Assembly: GCA_965216755.1 (NCBI GenBank)
Contig: CBDCGL010000011.1
Span: 1,728,001 to 1,792,000, forward strand
Direction: 5' to 3'
From: Alphaproteobacteria bacterium
GTDB lineage: Bacteria > Pseudomonadota > Alphaproteobacteria > UBA7887
DNA: 64,000 nt
This document shows positions 29,709 through 40,487 of the stretch, piece by piece (position 1 is the first letter of the stretch; each line of letters begins with the position of its first letter). The position numbers and the translations under genes are program-made. The notes under the pieces are model-generated. The model saw nothing but the letters and a program-made list of their open reading frames with translations, did not search any database and was not told the origin of the DNA.

Positions 29709-31031
29709 CTATTCGCACTCAGCGCCCGGAAAACCGGCCTGTATCCACGCGATACCGTTCATGTCGTTAGGCGGGTTGACGCAGGCAGCCGGGTAATACA
29801 CGACATCTGTGACCGTCACGCGCCCCTGTTCAGCATCATACTTACTGATACCAATCGCATTGTCTTGAATCGCCTGGTGACCATCGCCAATCGCCATGCT
29901 CACTTTGCCACTCGGTCCGTCCCATTCGAGATATTCGAAGGCCTCGATGACTTGTTCCTGAGTCGGGAACTGACCCGCCGCGGCGGCGGCTTTTTCATAG
30001 GCGGTTTTGACGCCAAGTAACGCTTGAACGAATTTGTACGCAGCATAGTTGGGTATCGTTTCGTGTCTTTCGATGTAAGTCGTCCGGAACCAATCATTGA
30101 GTTCACTGGCCGGTGCGAAATCGCCGTGCGGCCCGCGCGCACCCAATATCGTGCCATCCGGCAGCTGTTGACCGATGCGCGGCATGATCTGTTCGCCAGC
30201 ACTCAAAATCATGACGCTTTGCTGGAACAGTCCGCGCGCCCCGCCTTGAAGAATCAAGGCTTCCAGATCACCACCCCAGAAGCTGCTGTGGATCACGTCT
30301 GGGCGTTCAACCAACAACGCGGTGATTTCGGCACCGTACTGGCCCGCGAAAATTTTCGGAAACTGCGCGGTCAGTATTTCCGCTTCAGGTTGCAACACGC
30401 CCATCGCCGCCGTGAAATCATTCCACGAGTCTTGACCCCAAGCGTAATTTTGGTTGAGCCCGGCCATGGTCTTGACGTCCGGATGATGGTCTAGCAGGTA
30501 ACGCGCGGCCGCCACATTATCCATCACGGCGTGGGCGCCGGTTCGAAATACATAGCGATAGCTTGCTTCCTCGAACACCCGTGGTGTTCCACAATCGGCA
30601 AGAATCGTCAGCATCTTGAGTTCTTCCGCAACCGGCGGCACGGCGAGGCAGTCGCCACTGGAAATATAGCCAACCACCACATCGACATTTTGGCGTTGCA
30701 CAAGATTGCGGAATTCGGCGACCTGCTTGGTGGCACCGCCAGCCTCGTCGATCACCACCGCCTCGATCTGCACGCCGGCGATGCCCGGTGTGTTTGTGTT
30801 ATAGGGGGCCGGCAGACTGCCGGCATTGATCGCCTCGATCGCAATGTTGGCACCATTCTGGGCCGGAATGCCGAAATGACCGGCCGCGGGCCCAGACAGA
30901 AAAGTGACCAAACCCATGCGCAAAACCGACCCATCTTGGGCTGTGGCATCCGTTACGCCCGCAGCCGCCCCAAGCACAGTCATTACGCTTGCTGTGACGG
31001 TCGCACGCATCCATGTCTTTGCGGCAATCAT
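29709..31031 (-). CDS. ABC substrate-binding protein (LivK/PBP1 family)
   Basis: Signal peptide, LSGPAA, GYISSG, NYAWGQD; GGAGG RBS. Confidence 0.9.
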   Translation of the reverse strand: MIAAKTWMRATVTASVMTVLGAAAGVTDATAQDGSVLRMGLVTFLSGPAAGHFGIPAQNGANIAIEAINAGSLPAPYNTNTPGIAGVQIEAVVIDEAGGATKQVAEFRNLVQRQNVDVVVGYISSGDCLAVPPVAEELKMLTILADCGTPRVFEEASYRYVFRTGAHAVMDNVAAARYLLDHHPDVKTMAGLNQNYAWGQDSWNDFTAAMGVLQPEAEILTAQFPKIFAGQYGAEITALLVERPDVIHSSFWGGDLEALILQGGARGLFQQSVMILSAGEQIMPRIGQQLPDGTILGARGPHGDFAPASELNDWFRTTYIERHETIPNYAAYKFVQALLGVKTAYEKAAAAAGQFPTQEQVIEAFEYLEWDGPSGKVSMAIGDGHQAIQDNAIGISKYDAEQGRVTVTDVVYYPAACVNPPNDMNGIAWIQAGFPGAECE

Positions 31032-31071
31032 CGCGCCATCCTCCGAGTTCTTTGATTTTCTTATCAATTCT

Positions 31072-32508
31072 TTACGGTGCGGTATAAGCGGTTTTTACAG
31101 TAGTGTAAAACTCGCGCGCATAGGGCCCCTGCTCGCGCGCGCCATAGCTCGATCCTTTGCGACCGCCAAACGGCACGTGGTAGTCGACGCCGGCGGTGGG
31201 CAAATTGACCATCACCATGCCCGCTTCCGCATTGCGCTTAAAGTGGCTGGCATGCTTGAGCGAGGTCGTCACAATACCCGATGACAAGCCAAAATCCGTC
31301 TCATTGGCGGTGGCCAAGGCGTCGTCATAATTACGAACTTTCACGACGGATGCGACTGGGCCAAAGATCTCTTCGCGATTTATGCGCATGGCGTTATTCG
31401 TGTCCGTGAACAACGCGGGCGCCAGAAAGTAACCATCCGTATTGCGACTCAATCGCTCGCCGCCAACCGCCAATGTAGCGCCTTCTTTCTGTCCAATCGC
31501 CAGATAGTCGAGGTCCTGATTGAGCTGGCTTTGGTCGACAACTGGTCCGATCTGCGTGCCGTCCTTCATGGCATCGTCGACCTTCAGCCCCTTGATCGCG
31601 TCGGTCACCGCAGCGACGAATTTGTCGTGAATTCCCTCGGTGACGATCAACCGGCTTGACGCCGTGCACCTTTGACCGGTCGAGAAGAACGCGCCTTGCA
31701 CTGCACAATTGACCGCGACATCCAATTCGGCGTCGTCCAATACAACAAGCGGGTTCTTACCGCCCATCTCCAATTGCACTTTCGCCAAACGCGCCGCGGC
31801 TTTGGCAGCCACTTGCCGACCTGTTTCGACCGACCCGGTAAAGCTGATCGCGTCAACGTCCGGCGACGACAAAATCGCTTCGCCGATCACCGCGCCGCGG
31901 CCCATGACCAAGTTCAAAACCCCGTCCGGCAAGCCCGCCCGTAGCGCGATATCGGCCAGCGCCCAGGCGCAACCCGGAACCAGGTCCGCAGGCTTGAAGA
32001 CAACGCAATTGCCGTAAGCCAGTGCCGGGGCCATTTTCCATGCCGGAATCGCGATCGGGAAGTTCCAGGGCGTGATCAGGCCGACCACGCCAAGCGGTTC
32101 GCGCGTAATGTCGACATCGACGCCGGGGCGCACCGAGTCCAGCCGATCGCCGGTCAACCGCAAGGCTTCGCCGGCAAAAAAACGAAAGATCTGGCCGGCG
32201 CGCATGGCCTCACCGATCCCTTCGGGTCGGGTCTTACCTTCCTCGCGTGATAACAGGGCCCCCAATTCTTCCTTGCGGTCGAGAATTTCGGTCCCCATGC
32301 GATCGAGAATTTCGGCGCGCTGTTGGATGCTCGATCGGCCCCATGCCGGCGCGGCCGCGCGGGCCGCCGCGATCGCGCTATGGGCCTGGGCCTCGTCGGC
32401 GCGCGCATATTCTCCCACGACATCGGCCAGATCCGATGGATTGATGTTGCGATTGATATCCGCGCCCTCGACCCAGGCCCCATCGATCAGATTTTTGTGC
32501 AAGGCCAT
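31072..32508 (-). CDS. Aldehyde dehydrogenase (alpha-ketoglutaric semialdehyde DH-like)
   Basis: TPWNFP, FTGS, LEMGGKNP, GQRCTA, EEIFGP, PFGGRK. Confidence 0.93.
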   Translation of the reverse strand: MALHKNLIDGAWVEGADINRNINPSDLADVVGEYARADEAQAHSAIAAARAAAPAWGRSSIQQRAEILDRMGTEILDRKEELGALLSREEGKTRPEGIGEAMRAGQIFRFFAGEALRLTGDRLDSVRPGVDVDITREPLGVVGLITPWNFPIAIPAWKMAPALAYGNCVVFKPADLVPGCAWALADIALRAGLPDGVLNLVMGRGAVIGEAILSSPDVDAISFTGSVETGRQVAAKAAARLAKVQLEMGGKNPLVVLDDAELDVAVNCAVQGAFFSTGQRCTASSRLIVTEGIHDKFVAAVTDAIKGLKVDDAMKDGTQIGPVVDQSQLNQDLDYLAIGQKEGATLAVGGERLSRNTDGYFLAPALFTDTNNAMRINREEIFGPVASVVKVRNYDDALATANETDFGLSSGIVTTSLKHASHFKRNAEAGMVMVNLPTAGVDYHVPFGGRKGSSYGAREQGPYAREFYTTVKTAYTAP

Positions 32509-32618
32509 GATGTGTTTCCTTCCCTTACCATCCGCCTGTCCACGCCCCGATAGCGATAACCCACGGCTGACCGCCGCGCAATGGCGGTCGCTGCCTAAAC
32601 CAGAAAACTTTGAACCGA

Positions 32619-33116
32619 CTAGCGCGCGGTAGGGTGCCCCGACCCGTGCGACATGCGCCATTCCCAAGGCGGAACAAATACGTACCGCCACAGCCCACGG
32701 CGCTCCTGCTTGGCACCGGCCTGTTCTGCTTTTAGGTCAAGAGCGTCACCCGGCGGCACCACCGCCCACCCGGTGTAAATCATGTTGCGAGACAAATCAT
32801 AGCCACCGGCACTGCAACGGGCCAGCGGCCCACCATCGCCGAATCCCATCACGCTGTCGCAGACGACATCAACACCTGCCGTTAAGTCACTCAGCTGGGC
32901 GCGCGCAACGATGCCACAATCGATCGTTTGGCCGATCGCACCACAGGTCTGGTCGAGTTCAGGCGCGTCAATGCCCGCCAAGTCCACCGTCCGCTCGCCG
33001 ACCTGCAGCGTATCGCCATCGATCACGACGGGCGCGCCCCCAAACTCCTCTGCCCAGCCCGCCGTACACGCAAGAAGCGAAGCCCCGATGGCGAGCGTAT
33101 GGGAATATCGTCTCAT
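32619..33116 (-). CDS. Secreted thermonuclease (SNase)-fold protein
   Basis: Signal peptide, VIDGDTL, GIDAPELDQTC, RRGLW..PPWEWR. Confidence 0.85.
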   Translation of the reverse strand: MRRYSHTLAIGASLLACTAGWAEEFGGAPVVIDGDTLQVGERTVDLAGIDAPELDQTCGAIGQTIDCGIVARAQLSDLTAGVDVVCDSVMGFGDGGPLARCSAGGYDLSRNMIYTGWAVVPPGDALDLKAEQAGAKQERRGLWRYVFVPPWEWRMSHGSGHPTAR

Positions 33117-33298
33117 AGTTGGAGAAAGATAACATGGGGGCCGACGCCGCACCATCGTGCGTCAGCGCGCGAAAGATCCGACGAAATGGGCCATAAATCC
33201 CGTGATGCTTTAGTGCCCATTATATACTTTCGAAAGAGTAGAAATTTAGCGAGCATAATACAATCTGAAGTAAACCTATAGAAACCAAAGAAGTAAGG

Positions 33299-34609
33299 TT
33301 GTCTCAAGAAATTGGGCGCACACTGGGCCAGGTTGCACCCACGCTCGGATACGTGCCCTTGACCGACGATATCGCCCATCAACTTCGCCAAGAGTTTCTG
33401 GCTGACGCCCGCGACAGCCTGGACGCGGCGCAAACGGCGCTCAACACCATATGCGACGGCAGCGGGGATCCGGGGCGTTTGGCCCTGGAGTTTCAACGTC
33501 AGATCCATACGCTAAAGGGCATGGGCGGTTCGTTCGGGTTTCCTACGATTAGCTTGCTAGCCCATCAGCTTGAGGACTTTGTCGCGGATGCCGGCGGCCT
33601 TACTGCGGCGACCGCGCGCCAGGTTGAGATCTTCCTCGACCATATCGATCAGATATTGGATACGGGCGTCGACGACGGCATGGCCAATGCCAGCGATTTG
33701 ATCCGCGCGTTGCCAACCACGCATGGGACCCAACCATGCGATTCGGCACCCGACGATATCGAAGTCGTCATGATCACCCCGTCGAAAGTATTAGCCAGAG
33801 CCGTCAAGAACATGCTGACCCCCCGTGGTTGTCGCGTTCTAATCTGCGGCACGCCATGGGAGGCGCTGGAACTGGCTGTTTGCGCGCAGCCCGATGTGAT
33901 CGTCTCGTCCGCGGTGATGGATCACGTAACTGGAATCGATCTGCTGTGCGCATTTTCACAGATCGAAGCCACATCTTCGATTCCGAAGATTGTCTTAACA
34001 AGTTTTGAACGCGACCACCCACAGCTGCAACGCCTACCCAAAGACGTGCACGTCGTCCGATCAGGGCGCGAGCATCGGGACGCTTTGGCCGCGGAAATTG
34101 TTGCCCTGGCCACCGATCGGTCACGCCGGGCAGCGGCATCAGTCGCGGATCGGGCGCTCAACATCCTGGTGGCCGAGGACAAATTGGCCAATCGCATGTT
34201 GATTCAAACGATGATCGGCAATGCACGCCATCGGCTGACGCTGGCCGAGAATGGCGCAGAAGCTGTTCGAGAATTGGAAAACGCCGAGTTCGATGTCGTT
34301 CTGATGGATATTGAGATGCCCGTCATGGACGGGATCGCGGCCACCCAGGCCGTCCGCGCTCTGCAGGAACCAAAATCCAAAGTGCCGATCATCGCCCTAA
34401 CTGGCAACGACAACGAAGACGACAAAGCGCACTACCTCAATGTCGGCATGAACGATCACGTCGCCAAGCCTATCGATCGCCGCGCCCTGTATGCCGCGAT
34501 CGAGAGGCAAACCGGCGTCGCCGTGGATGCCGCCGAACCCGGCATCGCCCAAGACGACACCAGCGGCGACGCAGACGATCCACTGTTGAGCCTCGCGGCT
34601 TCCCTGTAA
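33299..34609 (+). CDS. Hpt-REC-REC phosphorelay protein (start may be near 33353)
   Basis: HTLKGMGG Hpt; REC1 PDVIVSS; REC2 ILVAED, FDVVLMDIEMPVMDG, KP. Confidence 0.88.
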   Translation: MSQEIGRTLGQVAPTLGYVPLTDDIAHQLRQEFLADARDSLDAAQTALNTICDGSGDPGRLALEFQRQIHTLKGMGGSFGFPTISLLAHQLEDFVADAGGLTAATARQVEIFLDHIDQILDTGVDDGMANASDLIRALPTTHGTQPCDSAPDDIEVVMITPSKVLARAVKNMLTPRGCRVLICGTPWEALELAVCAQPDVIVSSAVMDHVTGIDLLCAFSQIEATSSIPKIVLTSFERDHPQLQRLPKDVHVVRSGREHRDALAAEIVALATDRSRRAAASVADRALNILVAEDKLANRMLIQTMIGNARHRLTLAENGAEAVRELENAEFDVVLMDIEMPVMDGIAATQAVRALQEPKSKVPIIALTGNDNEDDKAHYLNVGMNDHVAKPIDRRALYAAIERQTGVAVDAAEPGIAQDDTSGDADDPLLSLAASL

Positions 34610-34727
34610 TACGGCTTCCTTCTTCTTGGACCGCACCGATTGCGTGATGGTCGCGGCGCGCTATCGTTTGTCGTAAAGCGGGCGTCTGATTCCTCGGCGC
34701 ACATATGTGTGGCGCATTTGGGAGGAC

Positions 34728-35636
34728 ATGGGGATGGGCCGCGTAAGCACGCTAGTCGGCTTGGTAATCGCGCTTGTCGTGGGGATGATCATCGGCCGGC
34801 AATATTTCGCGCCGGACGCCGGCACGGTTGCGGTCACTGAAACCGTTGCCAGCGATAATCAGGCTGAGGCGACAACAGCCGATGCCGAAGCCGCGCTGCA
34901 AACGGTCACACGGAAAATGGGCAGCGCCCAGATGAGCTCATGGCCGATCCACGGCGATCTCGGAAAATTGTTGGTCGACAATCTTGACGCGGTTTCCGGT
35001 GGAACGTTGCAAGCCAAGTATTTCGAACCCGGCGCCCTAGTGCCGGCGCTCGAGTTGTTCGACGCCGTGTCCACCGGGCCGGTCGACGCGGGCTGGTCGA
35101 GCCCCGGCCAAAGGGCTGGCAAAGAACCGGCGATGGTCATGTTCACAACCATCCCGTTTGGGCCCAACATGGGCGGGTATCTATCGCGGCTTTGGAACTG
35201 GGAACCATCCATCGACGCGCTGGAATTCTCGATGCCGATCAGCGATTTGGCCCAATGACTTTATCAAGTGGCCAAACATCATTACTTGCCTGGCTGGCAC
35301 CAGCAAACCAGCTTGTTCGAGGTCATTATCAACGTGGATCGCTGGAACGCGTTTTCAGATACACACAAACGACAAATCGAAGTGGTTTGCGGCGACATGT
35401 TTCGCGCCGGCGCCGCCATGTCTGAAGCCATGCAAGTCACGGCACTGGAGGAACTCAAGGCCGAGGGCGTGACCTTGCACCAGTGGTCGCCCGAAATGCT
35501 GGACAAGTTCGGCGAGGCGACGGATCAAGTGATGGCTGAAGAATCGGCCAACAATGAAATCTTCGCGCGCGTCTGGGAGTCGCTCAAGTCATTTCGGGAT
35601 GCCTATACCGAATGGCGCGAGATGGGATATCTTTAG
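34728..35636 (+). pseudogene. Degraded TRAP substrate-binding protein (DctP/TakP-like)
   Basis: FEPGALVP, IPFGP, IDALEFSMP, YQVAKH.Y.PGWHQ motifs; central region missing; in-frame TGA at 35256-35258. Confidence 0.85.
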
Positions 35637-36751
35637 GCAGCTAGAACTGTTCCTGCGCAGTACGTTGAGACCTCGGCAGCGGGACGGTGTCCGAGGATAC
35701 CATCTGCCACCGCCCGCCCCATGACAGGCGCGAACTTGAAACCATGGCCGGAAAAACCGGTCATGACCCATGCGCGGTCTTGGCCATCAAGCGGTTCGAC
35801 AATAAATCGTTCATCGGCGGCCACTGTGTAGTAACAAGCCAGCGTACGTGCCACGCGATAGTCGGCGCTGGCGCGCAGAATCTCGCGCGCCGCGCGCAAA
35901 TTCGCCTCGATATCGGCTTGTGTGACCTGGCGGTCGTCGTCGGGATCGCCGGATGGCGTCAAAGTGTGAATGCCGATCTTGCCGGGTGCCCCACCGGCCG
36001 GCGGCAACAGGAACGCGCCACCGCTGAGGCTAACATCCAATAACATCGGTCCATCGTCCCACGACACAGCCAGCGACGGCGGTGGCTCCAAATACACCAA
36101 GATCTGACGCGATGGCTTTGCACGGGTCGCGAAATCGGGCCGCAGCCGCGCGACCCAAGGCCCCGCCGCAATGATGACGGCATCAGCGCGAACCTCGTCG
36201 CCGCGATCCAACACGACCATCGCGCGCGCTGTGTCAACAGACGCCACCGAGGTCTCCGTCAGTATGGTCGCACCGCGCGTGATGACATAGTCGGCCAGAG
36301 CACCGACGATTTGATCTGCCAACAGCAGGCCACCGTCCGCCAAGAAATAGCCACCCTCAAACCCGTCCGTTCGGATATGCGGCCGACGGGATTCCATGTC
36401 CGCACATGTCAACGTCTCAAAGGGCAAGTTGTCGGCCCGCATGGCGCGCACCGACTCCGTTACCCAGCCGGCGCCACCGCGTGACCCAATCAGAGTCCCT
36501 TTGCGAACAAATAGCTGGCGGCCAAGATCGGCCCACAAGTCATCCCACGCGCGATAAGCTTGGCCCACCATGCGCATATAGCCGATCGCGGGCCCATAGG
36601 GCCGCCGAATCACCCGTTGTGAGTCGACTGAACTGCCACGGGGATTGGGCAATGGCCCCTGCTCCATGACCGTCACCGTACAGCCGTGCGTTTGCAGGGC
36701 CCAGGCGGCGCACAAGCCCATGATGCCACCGCCGACTATCGTGATGTCCAT
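35633..36751 (-). CDS. FAD-dependent oxidoreductase, monomeric sarcosine oxidase-like
   Basis: IVGGGIMG, GSS....RVIR, CYYT, GFSGHGFKFAP. Confidence 0.9.
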   Translation of the reverse strand: MDITIVGGGIMGLCAAWALQTHGCTVTVMEQGPLPNPRGSSVDSQRVIRRPYGPAIGYMRMVGQAYRAWDDLWADLGRQLFVRKGTLIGSRGGAGWVTESVRAMRADNLPFETLTCADMESRRPHIRTDGFEGGYFLADGGLLLADQIVGALADYVITRGATILTETSVASVDTARAMVVLDRGDEVRADAVIIAAGPWVARLRPDFATRAKPSRQILVYLEPPPSLAVSWDDGPMLLDVSLSGGAFLLPPAGGAPGKIGIHTLTPSGDPDDDRQVTQADIEANLRAAREILRASADYRVARTLACYYTVAADERFIVEPLDGQDRAWVMTGFSGHGFKFAPVMGRAVADGILGHRPAAEVSTYCAGTVLAA

Positions 36752-36837
36752 CGCCGCTCCTTTCCGCCACGACACTCTTGCGATCATCGTGCCGCGAGGC
36801 AACACTCGTCATCTGAGCGCAACATGGAGACACGGCC

Positions 36838-37518
36838 ATGGCAAGCAAGATTCCGAGCTTTGACGCTTTTCTCAAGAAAGCGATAAAACGCGCCGGCGGC
36901 GAAGCGGAACTCGCCGCCATGCTGCCCGATCCGGAAACGGACAAAACTTTGCGGGCGCGCAGTGACGACCGCTACTTATCGCTGCTGAGTCTGCGCGTGT
37001 TTTCGGCGGGGCTGAAGCATTCCATGGTCGAAGCAAAGTGGCCAGCCTTTGAAGAAGTTTTCCATGGCTTCAAACCCAAGCGGGTCGCCGCCATGCACGA
37101 CGAAGATATCGAAAAACTCATGGGTGACCGTCGCCTGATCCGCCATCTGCCCAAAATGCGCTCGGTGCCGATCAACGCCGCCGCGATTGTCGCGATCGCG
37201 AAGGAGGCCGGCAGTTTCGGCAATTGGCTGGCGGATTGGCCAAGCGACGACATGGTTGGCTTGTGGCGCGATATGGGCAAGCGCTTCAAACAGTTGGGTG
37301 GCAGCTCAACGCCCTATTTCCTTCGCATGGTCGGCAAGGACACGTTCGTGCTGACACCCGATGTGGTCAAGGCGCTAAATGGCGCCAATATCATCGATAA
37401 GAAACCGACATCGCAAAAAGACATGGCCGCGGTGCAAACTGCTTTCAACGCGTGGCATGAACAGACTGGCCGGCCACTGTGCCACCTAAGCCGTATGTTG
37501 GCCCTTTCAGTCGGATAA
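36838..37518 (+). CDS. DNA-3-methyladenine glycosylase I family protein
   Basis: VFSAGL, KWPAFEEVF.GF, LIRH..K..S...NA, FKQLGG...YFLR.VGKD. Confidence 0.85.
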   Translation: MASKIPSFDAFLKKAIKRAGGEAELAAMLPDPETDKTLRARSDDRYLSLLSLRVFSAGLKHSMVEAKWPAFEEVFHGFKPKRVAAMHDEDIEKLMGDRRLIRHLPKMRSVPINAAAIVAIAKEAGSFGNWLADWPSDDMVGLWRDMGKRFKQLGGSSTPYFLRMVGKDTFVLTPDVVKALNGANIIDKKPTSQKDMAAVQTAFNAWHEQTGRPLCHLSRMLALSVG

Positions 37519-37608
37519 CGGTCGAGTTTTGATTGTCATCGCGGGGTCGTCCTGAAAAAATGCGGCCGCCTTTCGCAGGGGCCGAAAAGTATAAGGGAGG
37601 GACGAACC

Positions 37609-38718
37609 GTGCAAACCAGAGCCGCGGTCGCACACAAGGCTGACGCACCACTGGCCATTGAAACCGTGGACCTTGACGGCCCTCGCGAAGGCGAATGCCT
37701 GATTGAAATCAAAGCAACCGGCATCTGCCACACCGATGAGTTCACGCGCTCCGGCGCCGACCCGGAAGGTGTATTCCCCGCCATTCTTGGTCATGAAGGT
37801 GCCGGCGTCGTGGTCGATGTCGGCCCGGGCGTCAGTACGCTCAGGAAGGGCGATCACGTCATCCCGCTCTACGTGCCGGAATGTCGTCAGTGTGAGTACT
37901 GTCTCAGTGGCAAAACCAACCTGTGTCAGAGCGTGCGCGAGACACAGGGCCGCGGCGTAATGCCCGACGGCACCAGCCGCTTTCGCCTCGGATCGGAACA
38001 GTTGTTTCACTATATGGGCACATCGACCTTTTCCAACTTCACGGTTGTGCCGGAAATCGCGCTCGCCAAAATTCGCGAAGACGCGCCGTTCGACAAGGTT
38101 TGCTATATCGGCTGCGGTGTCACCACCGGCCTTGGCGCGGTCATGAATACGGCCAAGGTCACACCCGGCGCCAATGTGGTGGTGTTTGGCTTGGGCGGGA
38201 TCGGGCTCAACGTCATCCAGGGGGCGCGCATCGCCGGCGCCGACATCATCGTTGGCGTTGACATCAATCCCGGCAAAAAGGCCCTGGCCGAGACATTCGG
38301 CATGACTCACTTCGTCAACCCCAAAGAAGTCGAGGGCGATCTAGTGCCCTACTTGGTCAATCTCACCAAGGGCGGCGCCGACTACAGCTTTGAATGCATC
38401 GGCAATGTCAACACCATGCGCCAGGCATTGGAGTGCTGTCACAAAGGTTGGGGCGAAAGCGTGATCATCGGCGTCGCCGGCGCCGGTCAGGAAATCACGA
38501 CGCGGCCATTTCAGCTGGTGACAGGTCGGGTGTGGCGTGGCACGGCGTTTGGCGGCGCCAAGGGCCGCACCGACGTGCCCAAAATCGTCGACTGGTACAT
38601 GGACGGCAAGATAAACATCGATGACCTGATCACCCACACAATGCCCCTTGACGATATCAACAAAGCCTTTGATCTGATGCATGAAGGCGAGTCGATTCGC
38701 AGCGTGGTGTTGTTTTAG
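37609..38718 (+). CDS. frmA: S-(hydroxymethyl)glutathione dehydrogenase / class III ADH
   Basis: [43 protein letters not shown]. Confidence 0.97.
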   Translation: MQTRAAVAHKADAPLAIETVDLDGPREGECLIEIKATGICHTDEFTRSGADPEGVFPAILGHEGAGVVVDVGPGVSTLRKGDHVIPLYVPECRQCEYCLSGKTNLCQSVRETQGRGVMPDGTSRFRLGSEQLFHYMGTSTFSNFTVVPEIALAKIREDAPFDKVCYIGCGVTTGLGAVMNTAKVTPGANVVVFGLGGIGLNVIQGARIAGADIIVGVDINPGKKALAETFGMTHFVNPKEVEGDLVPYLVNLTKGGADYSFECIGNVNTMRQALECCHKGWGESVIIGVAGAGQEITTRPFQLVTGRVWRGTAFGGAKGRTDVPKIVDWYMDGKINIDDLITHTMPLDDINKAFDLMHEGESIRSVVLF

Positions 38719-38993
38719 TCGTTTGTGAAAGGCGGCGGCCAAATTGGTCGTCGCCCGCCGCACACATCCCCGGCAACCGAGTCCACTTATGGCCTGGTCG
38801 CGCGCCGCCCACGCAATATCTTCCCCCGTCACCCGCGGATTTGATTCGCGGGCCAGTGGCTCAGACCATCGCGTGTCGCACGCATCGCCAGCGAGAGCAT
38901 CCGCCGCTGCCCTTTGTTTTGAGCGCAGGCTGCAAGACAAGCCCGGAACAACTTTCTGCGATCCTTAGCCCGAGCACCAATTGATCGGTTCGG

Positions 38994-39479
38994 CTAGCCC
39001 ATGCTGAGCGTGTCGATACCGACCGACAGGTCTTGTCGGTGCGCCGCTTCGAAGATAATCGAGGTCTCCAGCTGGGTCACGCCCGGACGACTGGTAAATC
39101 GATCCAAGGCCAAGTCCTTCAAATGCTTCATGTCGCGCACCACCACATGCACGATCATGTCGTGGCGGCCAGTGACCAGATAGGCCGAACGTACTTCAGG
39201 GAACGCCACCACCTCGTTGAGGAAGTCCTCGACGACGTCGCGCGTGTGTTTCTCCAGCGCGATGAATAGCAACGCCTCTAGCTCCAGCCCCAATGCGGCG
39301 TAATCGATGTCGGCATGCATGCCGCGCAACACGCCGTCGGCGCGCAGACGCTTAAGCCGTTCATGGCAACTGGATGGAGCCAGCTTGACCGCGTGGGCCA
39401 GCTGCTTGTTGGACATCCGCGCATCCTTCCGCAAAAGGCGCAGGATTTCGAAATCCGTTCGGTCAAGCACGGCACCCAT
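38994..39479 (-). CDS. Lrp/AsnC-family regulator
   Basis: LDRTDFEIL.LL..DAR.S...LA, C.ERLKRL, VTG.HD. Confidence 0.95.
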   Translation of the reverse strand: MGAVLDRTDFEILRLLRKDARMSNKQLAHAVKLAPSSCHERLKRLRADGVLRGMHADIDYAALGLELEALLFIALEKHTRDVVEDFLNEVVAFPEVRSAYLVTGRHDMIVHVVVRDMKHLKDLALDRFTSRPGVTQLETSIIFEAAHRQDLSVGIDTLSMG

Positions 39480-39569
39480 GGAAGATCCCCGAATTCAATT
39501 CGATGGTGTTTGATTAATTCCGATGATATTTCTTTAAAATAAGAATCAAAACGAATAAATGAGAATGCG

Positions 39570-40469
39570 ATGATCGATCCTCAGGCCCTGGCCATCTCTG
39601 AGTCCGACATCAATCAGTTCCAACAGGATGGCTTCCTTGTCCGCCGCGGCGTGGTGACTGCGTCGGCGGTCGAGCGCCTGCGCGATAGCTTCCCGCGCAT
39701 TTTTGCGGGCGACTTTGATACCGGTGTTTATCCGGACGAATGGCATTGGCGCGCGGGCATGAGCCTGCCGGACGTGACCCGCCACATCGGCAATGCCTGG
39801 AAATCGGATCTGACCATCGCACGTTTGGTGTTGTCGGCGGACATCGCCCGGGCGACCGGGACGCTAGCCGATTGGTCCGGCATCCGGCTTGGGCAAGACA
39901 CCATCTGGTGGAAGCCGGCGCAGTGCAAAGCGATCACGGTGCACCAAGACACGTCATTTCTCGATTTCCTCAATCCGGCGCAAACAGTGACCTGCTGGGT
40001 GACATTGGACGACACCCATCGCGATGCCGGCACCATCGAATATGTGCCAGGCTCACATCGTTGGCCGCTAACCAAAATCCCCGCCGACTTCCACGCGCCC
40101 GACGACTACCGGGCCAATATGAAGGCGGCCGCCCGCGCGGTCGGTGTCACACCGCCGGAACCGGTCAAAATCGAAGCACCGGCGGGCTCGGTCGTGTTCC
40201 ACATTGGCGAGGTCTGGCACGGCTCCGGACCCAACATTACGGCCGACAGAATGCGCCGCTCCATCGGGATTCACCTATTGCCGGCCTGGGCGCAATTCAG
40301 CGATCGGCCCGGCGGTTATATCTATCGCCGCTATCAAATCACCGGCGACCCACGGCTAAACGAAAGTTTTTTCCCAATCCTTTGGCAAGGCGACGGCTAT
40401 CGCACCGGCTGGATCGAGGCTTATTGCAACAGCGGTCAGCGGCGAGACCCGGTCGCCGCCGCGAGCTAA
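39570..40469 (+). CDS. Phytanoyl-CoA dioxygenase family Fe/2OG enzyme
   Basis: VHQD, CWVTLDD, YVPGSH, WHGSGPN, RRS. Confidence 0.9.
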   Translation: MIDPQALAISESDINQFQQDGFLVRRGVVTASAVERLRDSFPRIFAGDFDTGVYPDEWHWRAGMSLPDVTRHIGNAWKSDLTIARLVLSADIARATGTLADWSGIRLGQDTIWWKPAQCKAITVHQDTSFLDFLNPAQTVTCWVTLDDTHRDAGTIEYVPGSHRWPLTKIPADFHAPDDYRANMKAAARAVGVTPPEPVKIEAPAGSVVFHIGEVWHGSGPNITADRMRRSIGIHLLPAWAQFSDRPGGYIYRRYQITGDPRLNESFFPILWQGDGYRTGWIEAYCNSGQRRDPVAAAS

Positions 40470-40487
40470 GAGGCACTGCGAACGGAT

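Noticed and set aside
35256-35258. In-frame TGA as selenocysteine or recoding
   Set aside because: Aligns to Gly (GGA>TGA), not Cys; the gene has other lesions; TGA is a normal stop elsewhere in the window
38750-38940. Possible ornithine cyclodeaminase C-terminal relic (EDIAWAA...GLG) downstream of lrp
   Set aside because: Similarity is too short to support without a search
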